The translations under genes were made by a program, and so were the position numbers. 64,000 nt of DNA. Source: Vicinamibacteria bacterium (GTDB lineage Bacteria > Acidobacteriota > Vicinamibacteria > Fen-336). Within the stretch, counting starts at the first letter, position 1. Each line of letters starts with the position of its first letter. The stretch is from positions 17,858 through 81,857 of the forward strand of contig DASSJI010000156.1 of the NCBI GenBank assembly GCA_035691285.1. The letters run 5' to 3'. The notes below the pieces were generated by a model, which worked only from the letters and a program-made list of their open reading frames with translations, was not told where the DNA came from and made no database searches. Positions 49,557 through 59,900 of the stretch are shown here, piece by piece.

Positions 49557-49581
49557 CGCGGGGCTTCCAAGGGAGGTCGGC

Positions 49582-50520
49582 ATGATCCACGAGAGCATCC
49601 TCGGCACCATCGGAAACACGCCGGTGGTTCGCATCAACCGGCTGGCGCCGAAGCACACCACGATCTACGTGAAGTGCGAGGCGTTCAACCCGATGAGCTC
49701 GGTGAAGGACCGCCTGGCCATCGCGATGATCGAGGACGCCGAGCGCCGCGGCACGTTGAAGCCGGGGCAGACCGTGGTCGAGCCGACCTCGGGCAACACA
49801 GGGATCGCCCTCGCCATGGTGTGCGCGGCCAAGGGCTACCCGTTCGTGGCCGTCATGGCCGACAGCTTCAGCGTGGAGCGGCGCAAGCTGATGAAGGGCC
49901 TGGGCGCGAAGGTCGTGCTGACACCCGCCGCCGAGCGGGGTTCCGGCATGGTCAAGAAGGCGGAGGAGCTGGCGAAGAAGAATGGCTGGTTCCTGCCCCA
50001 GCAGTTCGAGAACCCCTCGAACCCCGAGTACCACCGCAACACCACCGGCCCCGAAATCCTGCGCGATTTCGCCGGCAAGCGCCTCGACTACTTCGTGAGC
50101 GGAATCGGGACCGGGGGGACGATCACCGGAGCCGGAGAGATGCTCAAGAAGGCACGGCCGGACATCAAGATCGTCTACACCGAGCCCGACGTGGCGCCCC
50201 TCGTGACGAAGGGCGAGTTCAAGCCGCACAAGATCCAGGGCTGGAACCCGGACTTCGTGCCCGCCGTGTTCAACCGCAGCGTCTACGACGAGGCGGTGCT
50301 GGTGGGCGAGGTCGAGGCCCGCGATGCAGCACGCGCGCTCGCCTTCAAGGAGGGCATCTTCTGCGGCATCTCTTCCGGAGGCACCTTCGCCGCTGCGCTG
50401 AAGGTGGCCCAGAAGGCGGCCGAGGGCTCGGTGATCCTCGCCATGCTGCCCGACACCGGCGAGCGCTACCTGACGACGTTCCTGTTCGAGGGGATCACCG
50501 AGGAGTCGGACGCGGTCTAG
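49582..50520 (+). CDS. cysK: cysteine synthase A (O-acetylserine sulfhydrylase)
   Basis: PLP-lysine motif SSVKDR, and GTGGT. Confidence 0.95.
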   Translation: MIHESILGTIGNTPVVRINRLAPKHTTIYVKCEAFNPMSSVKDRLAIAMIEDAERRGTLKPGQTVVEPTSGNTGIALAMVCAAKGYPFVAVMADSFSVERRKLMKGLGAKVVLTPAAERGSGMVKKAEELAKKNGWFLPQQFENPSNPEYHRNTTGPEILRDFAGKRLDYFVSGIGTGGTITGAGEMLKKARPDIKIVYTEPDVAPLVTKGEFKPHKIQGWNPDFVPAVFNRSVYDEAVLVGEVEARDAARALAFKEGIFCGISSGGTFAAALKVAQKAAEGSVILAMLPDTGERYLTTFLFEGITEESDAV

Positions 50521-50540
50521 AATCGGCGCGGAGGTCTCCC

Positions 50541-52202
50541 GTGACGAAGCGGACGCCGGCGCTGTGTGCCCTGCTGTTGTCCCTCCCTGCTGCGGCCCAG
50601 GAGGATCCGCACGCCGCCTGCACGGCCGTCGGCTGGGTGCCTCGGGAGATCCTCGAGCGGCCCGTCACGTTGCGTCCCGGCGTGGGGAACGCCCACGAGG
50701 CCGTGACGACGGCCTCGCCCGAGGCGCAGGCCCTTTACGACCAGGGGCTGAACTACCTCCACGGCTACGTCTGGATCGAGGCGGCCCGCTCGTTCCGTCA
50801 GGCGCTGCGCCACGACCCGGGTCTCGCCATGGCGCACCTGGGCCTGAGCCGCGTCTACTCCGGACTCGACGACCCGGATGGCGCGCGGCGCGCGCTGGCC
50901 GAGGCACAGGCGCGCGCGGGTGCCGCGAGCTCCCGCGAGCGGCGCCGCATCGCGCTGCGCGCGGGCCAGCTCGACGCGATGGAGCGCCTGTCCGACGCGG
51001 CGCGGCACGCCGAGTACAAGAAAGCGATCGACGAGGCCCTCGCCGTCGACATCGCGGACCCGGAGCTGTGGCTCGTGCGTGGCAACGCCGAGGAGCCCAC
51101 CGCCGCCGGACGCGGCCAGCGCGGCGGGTCCGCCTCGACGGCGTTCTATCTCGAAGCGCTGCGCCTCGCGCCCGACCACTCCGCGGCCCACCACTATCTC
51201 ACGCACTCCTACGAGACGGTCGGCCAGATCCCCCTCGCCTTGGAGCACGGCGAAGCCTACGCCCGCCTGGCGCCGGCCGTGCCCCACTCGCACCACATGT
51301 GGGGCCACGACCTCCGCCGCGTCGGCCGAATCGACGACGCGATCGCGGCCTTCCGGCGCACGTACGAGCTGGAGACCGCCTACTACGCGGCCGAGAGCAT
51401 ACCGGCGAGCCTGGACTGGCACCACGTCCACAACCTCGACCTGCTGGCCACCTCGCACCAGCACAAGGGCCAGATGCGAAAGGCCGAGGCGCTGCTCCGC
51501 GAGGCCGGCGCGATGCCGCCGGTGACCGAGTACCTGGAGTTCAACCAGAAAGCCCTGGCGACGTTCCTGCTCGCCCGGAGCCGGTGGGAGGACGCCTTGG
51601 AGGCCTCCCGCGCGCTTGCGGCGGGGAAGTGGCCAGCCACGCGGGCCGTCGGACAGGCGCTGTCGGGACATGCGCTGCTCCAGCGCGATCGCGTCGCCGA
51701 GGCCCGGGTCGCCCTGGCCGCGGCCGAGCGCGAGCTCGAGTCCATGCCCAGCCTCGCCGCGGGGCTGAACGTCTCCCGGTCGGCGGCGGCCCCGTACGTC
51801 GACACGCTGCGCGGCGAGCTCCTGCTGCGCTTCGGCGACCGGGAGGCGGGGCGCGCCCTGCTCGAAGACGTCGAGCGCCGGCTCCGGGCGCTGCCCGGGC
51901 CCGACGCCTGGATCCAGGCGCTGTTCCGGCTCGAGGCCATCGGTCGGATCGCCCGGGACGTCGGCGACTGGGGGCTGGCCGAGCACACGGCGCAGCAGAT
52001 GCTCGACCACGACCCGGCCTACGCCGGCACGCACCTGGCGCTCGCCCTGGTCGCGCATCGCAAGGGCGACCGCGAGGAGGCGGGCCGCCGCAGCGAGGCG
52101 GCGCGAGGCTGCTGGCGCGACGCGGACCCCGGGCTCGAGGAGCTGACCCTCCTCGCCTCGCTCGCGTCCCCGGCCGTGGCCCGTAGCGGGTCGGCGCCCT
52201 AG
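50541..52202 (+). CDS. secreted TPR-repeat protein
   Basis: In-frame GTG after GGAGG. Signal peptide (V)TKRTPALCALLLSLPAAAQ. The rest of ORF 49674.. is a cysK shadow. Confidence 0.65.
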   Translation: MTKRTPALCALLLSLPAAAQEDPHAACTAVGWVPREILERPVTLRPGVGNAHEAVTTASPEAQALYDQGLNYLHGYVWIEAARSFRQALRHDPGLAMAHLGLSRVYSGLDDPDGARRALAEAQARAGAASSRERRRIALRAGQLDAMERLSDAARHAEYKKAIDEALAVDIADPELWLVRGNAEEPTAAGRGQRGGSASTAFYLEALRLAPDHSAAHHYLTHSYETVGQIPLALEHGEAYARLAPAVPHSHHMWGHDLRRVGRIDDAIAAFRRTYELETAYYAAESIPASLDWHHVHNLDLLATSHQHKGQMRKAEALLREAGAMPPVTEYLEFNQKALATFLLARSRWEDALEASRALAAGKWPATRAVGQALSGHALLQRDRVAEARVALAAAERELESMPSLAAGLNVSRSAAAPYVDTLRGELLLRFGDREAGRALLEDVERRLRALPGPDAWIQALFRLEAIGRIARDVGDWGLAEHTAQQMLDHDPAYAGTHLALALVAHRKGDREEAGRRSEAARGCWRDADPGLEELTLLASLASPAVARSGSAP

Positions 52203-52205
52203 CGG

Positions 52206-53024
52206 ATGGATCGCCTCGCCAAGACCCGCGCGCTCTTCGGAGCGCCGCGCGCCCTCGTCGGCGTCATCCACCTGCCCGCGCTCCCGGGGGCCCCGAAGTC
52301 GCAGCTCGGCGTGCGGGCCATCGCCGAGGCCGCGGCGGCCGAGGCCCTGCTCTATCGCGACGCCGGCTTCCACGCCGTGATGATCGAGAACATGCACGAC
52401 CGGCCCTATCTCCCACGGGCGGCAGGGCCGGAGATCGTGGCCGCCATGGCCGTGACCGGGCGCGAGGTGCGGCGCGCGGCCGGCCTGCCCCTGGGCGTGC
52501 AGGTCCTCGCGGGCGCGAACCGCGCGTCGCTGGCCGTGGCCCACGCCTGCGGCGGGGCCTTCGTCCGGGTCGAGGGCCTCGTGTTCGCGCACGTCGCCGA
52601 CGAAGGCCTCATGACCGCCGACGCCGGCGAGCTGCTTCGCTACCGGCGTGCCATCGGCGCCGAGGGCGTCCGGATCCTGGCCGACGTGAAGAAGAAGCAC
52701 TCCGCCCACGCCATCACCGCCGACGTGGATCTCGTGGCGACGGCCCACGCGGCCGAGTTCTTCCTGGCCGACGGCGTCGTCGTCACCGGGCCGGCGACGG
52801 GGCGCGCGGCCGAACCCGCCGAGGTCCGCGCGGTGGCGGCCGCTGCCTCCGTTCCGGTCGTCGTCGGATCGGGCGTCACGCCCCAGAACCTCTCGGACTA
52901 CGTGGACGCCGACGCCTTCATCGTCGGCTCCTCCCTGAAGTTCGACGGGCTCTGGTCGAACCCCATCGAGCCCGAGCGCCTGGCGGCGCTGCGGCGGGCG
53001 TTCGAGACGCTCCCGCCGCGGTGA
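52206..53024 (+). CDS. BtpA/SgcQ-family TIM-barrel protein
   Basis: LVGVIHLPALPG ... GFHAVMIEN ... pattern typical of PF03437. Confidence 0.7.
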   Translation: MDRLAKTRALFGAPRALVGVIHLPALPGAPKSQLGVRAIAEAAAAEALLYRDAGFHAVMIENMHDRPYLPRAAGPEIVAAMAVTGREVRRAAGLPLGVQVLAGANRASLAVAHACGGAFVRVEGLVFAHVADEGLMTADAGELLRYRRAIGAEGVRILADVKKKHSAHAITADVDLVATAHAAEFFLADGVVVTGPATGRAAEPAEVRAVAAAASVPVVVGSGVTPQNLSDYVDADAFIVGSSLKFDGLWSNPIEPERLAALRRAFETLPPR

Positions 53025-53923
53025 GCCCGGACCTCGTCGTCCTCGGCAACCTGCTGGTCGACGACGTGGTCTTTCCCGACGGCCGCACGCGCTTCGCGCA
53101 GCCGGGTGGCGCCTGCCTCTACCTCGCCCTGGGCGCCGCCCTCTGGGGGCTCGAGGTCGGGATCGTCTCGGTGATCGGCGACGAATATCCGGCGGCGACC
53201 CTCGAGGCCCTCCGTACGCGCCGCGTCCACCTCCAGGGAACTCGGCGGCTGGGCGGGCCGGGGCTCCGGACGTGGCTCCTCTACGAGGGCGCGCGGCGCC
53301 GCGTGGTGCATCGCCTCGAAGGCCCGAGCCACGCAGAGGTGTCGCCTGCGCCGGCCGACGTCCCCGAGGCCTGGCGCTCGGCGCGAGCCTTCCACCTCGC
53401 GCCGATGCCGCTCGAGGTCCAGGCCCTGCTCTCGGACGCGATCGGGAGCTGGACGGGGGCCTCCCTCTCCGTCGATCCGTACGAGCTCTTCACGCCGACG
53501 TCGCTCCCCGCCCTGGAGCCGCTCCTGGCGCGGGTCGATGCGCTGTTCCTGAGCGAGGACGAGCTGGAGTTGGGCCGGCCAGGGCGGCGCGAGGACGAGC
53601 TGGGAGGCCTGCTTCGGGGCCGCCTGCAGGCCATCGCGTTCAAGCGCGGAGCCCGCGGCGGAGTGCTGGCCCGCGCCGGCCGCTTCCTCGAGTGGGCGCC
53701 GCGGGCGACCGAGGTGGCCGACCCCACGGGCGCCGGCGACGCCTTCGCCGCGGGCGTGCTCGCCGGCTGGCTCCGGGGCGAGCCCGACGAGAGGGCGCTC
53801 GCGCGCGGCGTCGTGACGGCCAGCTTCGCGATCGAGGCCTGGGGAGCGGATGGCCTGCTGCGCGCCACGCCCGACGCGGCGGAAGGGCGCCTCGCGGAGT
53901 GGTTCCCTCCGGTGGACGCGTGA
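53021..53923 (+). CDS. PfkB-family carbohydrate/nucleoside kinase (pseudouridine kinase-like by context)
   Basis: DPTGAGDAF anion-hole motif and an N-terminal GG motif. Overlaps the btpA stop by 4 nt. Confidence 0.75.
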   Translation: MSPDLVVLGNLLVDDVVFPDGRTRFAQPGGACLYLALGAALWGLEVGIVSVIGDEYPAATLEALRTRRVHLQGTRRLGGPGLRTWLLYEGARRRVVHRLEGPSHAEVSPAPADVPEAWRSARAFHLAPMPLEVQALLSDAIGSWTGASLSVDPYELFTPTSLPALEPLLARVDALFLSEDELELGRPGRREDELGGLLRGRLQAIAFKRGARGGVLARAGRFLEWAPRATEVADPTGAGDAFAAGVLAGWLRGEPDERALARGVVTASFAIEAWGADGLLRATPDAAEGRLAEWFPPVDA

Positions 53924-54867
53924 TTCCAGGCCTTCAGGTCGCGCGCGACGTCGCGACGGCCCTCTCCGCCGGCCACGCCGTCGTGGCGCTCGAGACGACG
54001 CTGGTCACCCACGGCTTTCCGCGCTCGGAGGGCCTGGAGCTGGCCCGAGTCCTCGAGGCGGAGGTGCGCGAGCGGGGCGCCGTCCCGGCGACGATCGGCG
54101 TCCTCGGGGGCGCGCTGCGTGTCGGGCTCACGGCGAACGAGCTCGAGCGGCTGGCGGCAGGGCACGCGGAGAAGCTCGGTCCCTCGAACCTCGCGGCGCG
54201 CATCGCCTCGGGCCGGCCCGGCTCCACGACCGTCGGGGCGACGTTGATCGCCGCCCACGCGGCAGGGATCCGCGTGTTCGCCACGGGCGGCATCGGCGGC
54301 GTACACCGGGGAAGCGCGTTCGACGTGTCGGCCGACCTCCTGGCCCTCTCGCGCCACCCGGTCGCGGTCGTGTGCTCGGGGGCCAAGGCCGTCCTCGACC
54401 TGCCGCGCACCCGCGAGGCGCTCGAAGCCCTCGGCGTGCCGGTGCTGGGCTTCGGGACCGACGAGGTGCCTGCGTTCTACAGCCGCCGCAGCGGCCTCCC
54501 GGTGGACGCCCGCTTCGACTCGCTCCAGGAGCTCTCCCGGGCCGTGACCACGCACCTCGCCCTCGGGACGGGAGCCGGCGTGCTGATCTGCAACCCGGTT
54601 CCGGCCGAGGAGGAGCTGGACGCGGCGGCCTGCGAGACGGCCCTGGCCGAATCCCTTGCCCTGGCCGAGTCCCGCGGCGTGACCGGCCGGGACGTGACGC
54701 CCTTCCTCCTCGAGGAGCTGCGTCGCCGCACGGGCGGCAGGAGCCTGCGGGCCAACAAGGCCCTCCTCGTGTCGAACGCTCGTTTGGCGGCGAGCCTGGC
54801 CTCGGGGCTGTGCTCCGCGTCACACGGCCGCGGTGATGCTATTGACGACGCGATGAACCGACCTTAA
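53920..54867 (+). CDS. psuG: pseudouridine-5'-phosphate glycosidase (IndA/YeiN family)
   Basis: In-frame GTG overlapping the pfkB stop (GTGA). VVALETTLVTHGFP ... GGIGGVHRG motifs. Confidence 0.85.
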   Translation: MIPGLQVARDVATALSAGHAVVALETTLVTHGFPRSEGLELARVLEAEVRERGAVPATIGVLGGALRVGLTANELERLAAGHAEKLGPSNLAARIASGRPGSTTVGATLIAAHAAGIRVFATGGIGGVHRGSAFDVSADLLALSRHPVAVVCSGAKAVLDLPRTREALEALGVPVLGFGTDEVPAFYSRRSGLPVDARFDSLQELSRAVTTHLALGTGAGVLICNPVPAEEELDAAACETALAESLALAESRGVTGRDVTPFLLEELRRRTGGRSLRANKALLVSNARLAASLASGLCSASHGRGDAIDDAMNRP

Positions 54868-54898
54868 CCTCGTCGGCCGATCGTCGCTTCGATAACCA

Positions 54899-56911
54899 GT
54901 GTCGTTCCTTCCGCCCCTCCCGCCGCGCCGCACAGGCGCACTCCCGATCCTCCTGTGCGTGTCCCTCGCCGCCGCCCTTCCGGCCGACGCCGGGCGGGCG
55001 GGCGCCTGGCTCACCTACTGGGACTTCGACCGCGGGCAGCAACGCCTCGCCAGCGCGCCGAGCCTCTTCGACGACGTGTTCTTCTTCGCGTTCGAGCTCG
55101 GGCCCGATGGGCGTCCGGCCGTGGCGCGGGCGAGCCTCCCGCTCAAGGCGGCGGTGAGCGCCGTGCGCGGGCGCGGGGCCCGTGCCTGGATGACGGTCGT
55201 GAACGACACGCGCTCCGCCGACGGCAAGGCCACCTTGAAGGATGCCGCGGCGATCCAGCGCATGCTCGCGGACGCGGAGGAGCGCGCTGCGCATCGCCAC
55301 GCGCTCGTGGAGCTCGCCGCTCTCCACGGCTTCTCCGGGGTCGACGTCGACTACGAGAACCTGCTCGTGGAGGACCGCGACCGCTTCAGCGACTTCATCC
55401 GCGAGCTGCGAGGAGACCTCGGAGCCCGAGGCCTCGAGCTGTCCGTGACGGTCCAGCCCAAGCGGCAGGAGAGCCGCTCGACGGGCCCCGGTGCCGCCGA
55501 CTGGGCCGCGCTGTGCCGGTCGACCGACCGCCTCCAGATCATGCTGTACAACCTTCACAACGCCCGGACGCCGCCGGGGCCGGTCACCGCGCCGGGCTGG
55601 TTCTCCGAGGTGCTCGCGTTCGCCCGAGGCCAGTGCGGGGAGGCGACGGTCGTCCCGGTCCTCAAGCTCGGGGCCATGGATTGGGGGCCGCAGGGCATGA
55701 AGGAGCTGCAGCACGCCGAGGTGGCGGCGCTGCTCGAGATGTACGGACCGCGGCTCGGCCGCGAGCCCGAGGGCGCAACGCCGTATTTCCGTTACGACGG
55801 GCGCGACGGCGCCCACACGGTCTACTTCGAGGATGCCCAGAGCATCCTCGCCAAGGTTGCGGCCCTCGAACGACTCGGGTACGACGACGTGGTTCTCTGG
55901 AGCCTCGGCCGCGAAGACCCGGCTCTCATCCCCGAGCTCCAGGCCCGCAAGGGCCCCGGGATCTCATCCTCTTCGACTTCACCTTCGACAGCGGCCGGCG
56001 TGGCCGACGAGAAGGCTCTCGCCGTGCTCGCCGAGCAAGAGGCGCGCTTCAGTCCCGACGCCCCATCGCATCCGGAGACCCCCGTGCCCCGCACAGTCCC
56101 GACGCTCTTCGCATCCGCCCTGGCGCTGGTCGGCCTGCCCGTCGCCCTTGCGCTCGCCACCCCGGCCGCCACCGTGACTTCCCCCTTTCTCTACACCTTC
56201 AACTCGAGCTCCGAGCTCGAGGAGGCGGGCTCCATGTCCGAGAGCGAGAGCCCCTACTTCTGGCTCAGCTCCGGCGGCCGCTTCTACACGGGCGGCATCG
56301 GCGAGACGGTCCACGCTTCGCTCCCGACGAACGACTACTGGCGCCTGCTGTACGCCAAGAACAACCCCCTCGACACCGACAACGGCTATCACCCGCAGAA
56401 CGTCTTCCGCCTGGTCACGCGCAGCCGCTGGGGCAACGCGCGCCAGCAGGTCTACTTCCGCATCGCCAAGGACAACCTGAGCGCGAGCCCCAACCGGGCG
56501 GCCTCGAACGGCGTGCTGCTGTTCAACCGCTACAAGGACGAGAACAACCTCTACTACACGGGCGTCCGCGTGGATGGCGCCGCCGTGATCAAGAAGAAGA
56601 TCGCGGGCAAGTACTACACGATCGCGTACAGGAAGATCTTCCCCGGGGCGGCCTACGACCGCGTCACGAACCCCAGCCTGCTGCCCAAGAACGTGTGGAT
56701 GGGCCTCACCGCCGAGGTCCTCAACAGGAGCGACGGCAGCGTGCGCCTCCGCGTTCACGTCAATCAGGGCGACGGCGTGTGGGCGCTCGTCTTCGACGTC
56801 CTCGACGACGGCCGCTACGGCGGAGCGCCCTTCGCCCAGACCGGCTACGGCGGCCTGCGCACCGACTTCATGGACGTCGACTTCGAGAACTACCTCTTGA
56901 AGGCGCTCTAG
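54899..56911 (+). CDS. secreted GH18 glycoside hydrolase fused to a C-terminal domain of unknown function
   Basis: GH18 catalytic motif FSGVDVDYENL (DxDxE). Ser-rich linker and an internal hydrophobic stretch TLFASALALVGLPVALALATPAA, then a roughly 280-aa K/Y/N-rich domain. Confidence 0.7.
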   Translation: MSFLPPLPPRRTGALPILLCVSLAAALPADAGRAGAWLTYWDFDRGQQRLASAPSLFDDVFFFAFELGPDGRPAVARASLPLKAAVSAVRGRGARAWMTVVNDTRSADGKATLKDAAAIQRMLADAEERAAHRHALVELAALHGFSGVDVDYENLLVEDRDRFSDFIRELRGDLGARGLELSVTVQPKRQESRSTGPGAADWAALCRSTDRLQIMLYNLHNARTPPGPVTAPGWFSEVLAFARGQCGEATVVPVLKLGAMDWGPQGMKELQHAEVAALLEMYGPRLGREPEGATPYFRYDGRDGAHTVYFEDAQSILAKVAALERLGYDDVVLWSLGREDPALIPELQARKGPGISSSSTSPSTAAGVADEKALAVLAEQEARFSPDAPSHPETPVPRTVPTLFASALALVGLPVALALATPAATVTSPFLYTFNSSSELEEAGSMSESESPYFWLSSGGRFYTGGIGETVHASLPTNDYWRLLYAKNNPLDTDNGYHPQNVFRLVTRSRWGNARQQVYFRIAKDNLSASPNRAASNGVLLFNRYKDENNLYYTGVRVDGAAVIKKKIAGKYYTIAYRKIFPGAAYDRVTNPSLLPKNVWMGLTAEVLNRSDGSVRLRVHVNQGDGVWALVFDVLDDGRYGGAPFAQTGYGGLRTDFMDVDFENYLLKAL

Positions 56912-56932
56912 GGTCGCCCCCGCAACCGCCGC

Positions 56933-59900
56933 TCAGAACCGGACCTCCAGGGCGCCTCCGAAGCCCCAGCTCTCATAGCCCGGCGCGCTGCCGTAGCGCC
57001 CCTCGAGCCGGGTTCGCAGACGCTCTCCCCAGGCCTGGCCGGCGCGGCCCGTGAGGCTCACGGTGCCCCGCCGGCCATTCCGCTCGTCCTCGGCCAGGCC
57101 GAGGCCCACCTCGGTCTCGACCAGCCAGCCCGGATCCCAGCGCCGCTGGTAGGCGACGAGCCCCCGGAGCTGGCGCAGGGCCTCGGGGCTGTAGTAGAGG
57201 TCGCTGCGGAAGAGGGTGTCGCTCCAGGCCACTCCGGCGCCGAGGCCGAGCCCGTGCCAGGACCGCGGCCGCACCAGCAGCTTGCCCGAGAGGTCGAGGC
57301 GCTCGTTCGTGTCGTCGTAGCGTCCGATCGCTCCGTCGAGGACGCCCAGGAGGGACGATGTCAGCCGCACTGCGGCATGGCCCGCGTAGCTCTGGACCTG
57401 GAGGCCGCGCAGGCGCGCCCGCAGCGTCTCCACGTCCTGGATCCCGACGCGCCCGCGGAGCTCCACGCGGTCGCTCTCCAGCGCGACGCCCAGCCCCCAG
57501 CCGATGCTGCGCTCGAGGCCGTCGGGGGAGCGCTGTGCCACGCGTCCCTCGATGGTCCAATTCGAGAGCGGGCCGAGCCGCGCGGCCACCGACAGCTCGG
57601 GTCCCTCGAGGGAGGGCAGGCCGTCCTCGCTCAGCGCGAAGCGGCCCGCTCCCAGCGTGGCCTCGAAGCCTCCGAGCGTCCCGGTGTGGAGGAGGGCGCC
57701 CTGCCACAGGGTCTCGCGTCCGTCGGAGTCGTCGCTGAATTCGACGCGGGGCGCGAGACGGACGCGGTTCTCCCAGCGGATGCGCTGCGCGAGGGCCGGA
57801 TCGTCGCTGAGCTTCTTCGAGCCGAGGGTCTCCGCGATCTGAAGCTGCCGCTCGGCGGCGTCGGGCCGCCCGCGCTGCGCCTGGATCGCGGCGAGGTAGT
57901 AGGCCGCCTCGCCTCGCATGTGCGGTTCGTCCGCGGCGAGCCGCTCGAAGCTGGCGCGCGCCTGCGCGTACTCCCCCTGCCAGTAGTGGAAGCGGCCGCT
58001 CTGGGCCCGGGCCACCAGCTTCGGGTGGTGGAGCGCCAGGTGTCCGAGGAGGGCGTCGCCGTCCATGTCGCGGGGCACGCCGAAGCGCCGCAGCATCAGC
58101 CCGGACGGCAGGCCGGGACGAAGCTCGTTGTAGCCGCTGTCGTCCTGGACGAAGCCGAAGCGGAAGTAGCGCTTGAGCAGCTCCTGGTTGAGGTCGCTGG
58201 CCCCCGGCTCGTTGCCCACGTTCTCCTGGCCGGCCTCGGAGAACGGGAACGCGTAGCCGACGACCTGCAGACCCGACCTCCGCTGCTTCAGCTCCTCGAT
58301 GCTCGAGCGGTAGTCGGCGTCGACGCGGGCGGCGTATTCCTCCCACGACTCGGAGCGCTGCGCCGCCTCGAGCCATTGGCGGTTGACGAGGAAGCTCCCG
58401 GTCTGCTGGTCGCCGTCCACGGAGATCAGGTCGTGGGCGCGATGGCCGTGGCTCTGCAGGTCCCAGCGGCCGGTGGCAGCGAAACCCCCGATGCGCTTCC
58501 AGTCGGCGAAGAACGGGTGGCCGTCGAGGATGCGCGCCGTCGGCACGAACATCGTGGCCTTCATGCCGTAGCGCGCCAGGATCGGATCGGCCCGCTCGAA
58601 GGAGTCGATGCGGGCGTCGTCGAACGTGATCAGGATCGGCCGGGCCGGGAAGAGCTGTCTGCCGTCCAGGACCGCCGCCAGCTCGGCCACGGTCAGGGCG
58701 CTGTAGCCCGCTCTTTTGAGCGCGCGGAGCTGGGACTCGAACAGCGCCGCCGGCATCGAGGCGCTTCGCGGATGGTCGCCGAGGCCGTGGTACATGAGGA
58801 TGGGCACGTAGACCGTGCCTCGCGGCGGATCCACCACACGCTCGAGGGAGCGCTGCGCGTCGCCGTGCCGGCCCATGCCGTAGAGGACGCGGGCTTCCTG
58901 TCCCAGCCTCTCGTAGCCCTTCAAGAGCGGCTCCTTGCCCGAGCGGAGGGTGGCCAGCGCTTCGTCGTGGCGGCCCGTCTCGAGGGCCGTCTCGAAGCGT
59001 CCCCAGAACACGTCGCGCATGCCGGCGTGGCTCCTGCTCAGGGCCAGGAAGGCGGCGTAGGCGTCCCCGCCTCGGCCCGCCGCGCGATCGAGCTGGGCGG
59101 CGGCCAGGGCGAGGTCGAAACGGTCGGGGTGCCGCTGCCGGGCCTGCGTCAGCGTGGCCTGGGCACCCTCGAGATCGCCGCGCTTCTGTCGCAGCCGCGC
59201 CAGCTCCAGCCACGCGGCCACGCGATCCGGGAAGTGCCGCGTCAGGAGCGCGTACCACTGGATCGCCTCGCCGTCGCTGCCACGCTGGACGGCGTCGTCG
59301 GCCAGGAACTGCAGGAGCGGCTGCTTCGGACCCTCCGCGTCGAGGAGGCGGCGCGCCTCGGAGAGCGCCTGGTCGTACTGGCCCAGCTCGTAGAGGCTCT
59401 TCACCCAGTAGTACTCGGCTTTCGCGTCCCGGTGTCCGAGGTCGAGGACGCGTTTCCACTGGTCCTTGCCGCGGTCGAAGTCGTGGTACTGCATGAGCAG
59501 CTCGGCCCAGAAGAGCTGCGCGCCGAGGTCGTCGGGGCTTTCCTTGGCGACGGCCTCGGCCAGCGTGCGCGCCTCTCCGAACGCGCCGCTCCAGTGCAGG
59601 GCCTTCGCGAGCTTCAACCGCTGCTGGGGCTGCTTCGGGTCCAGGCGCAGGCTCGCGCGTGCCGACGTCACGGCGGAGGCGAAGTCGCCCACCTTGAGGT
59701 AGAGGTGGGTCAGCAGGTTGTGGGGCTCCGCCTGGTCGGGGTGCGCCGCGGCGTAGCGCGTCCAGACCTCCTTCGTCCAGTCGAAGCGATCCGCAGCCCA
59801 ATAGGCCCACCCCAGGTCACGCAGGGCATTGGTGTTCTTCGGATCGAGGCGGACCGCCTCCTTCAGCTCACGCTCGGCGGTCTCGATCTCCGAGGCCTGG

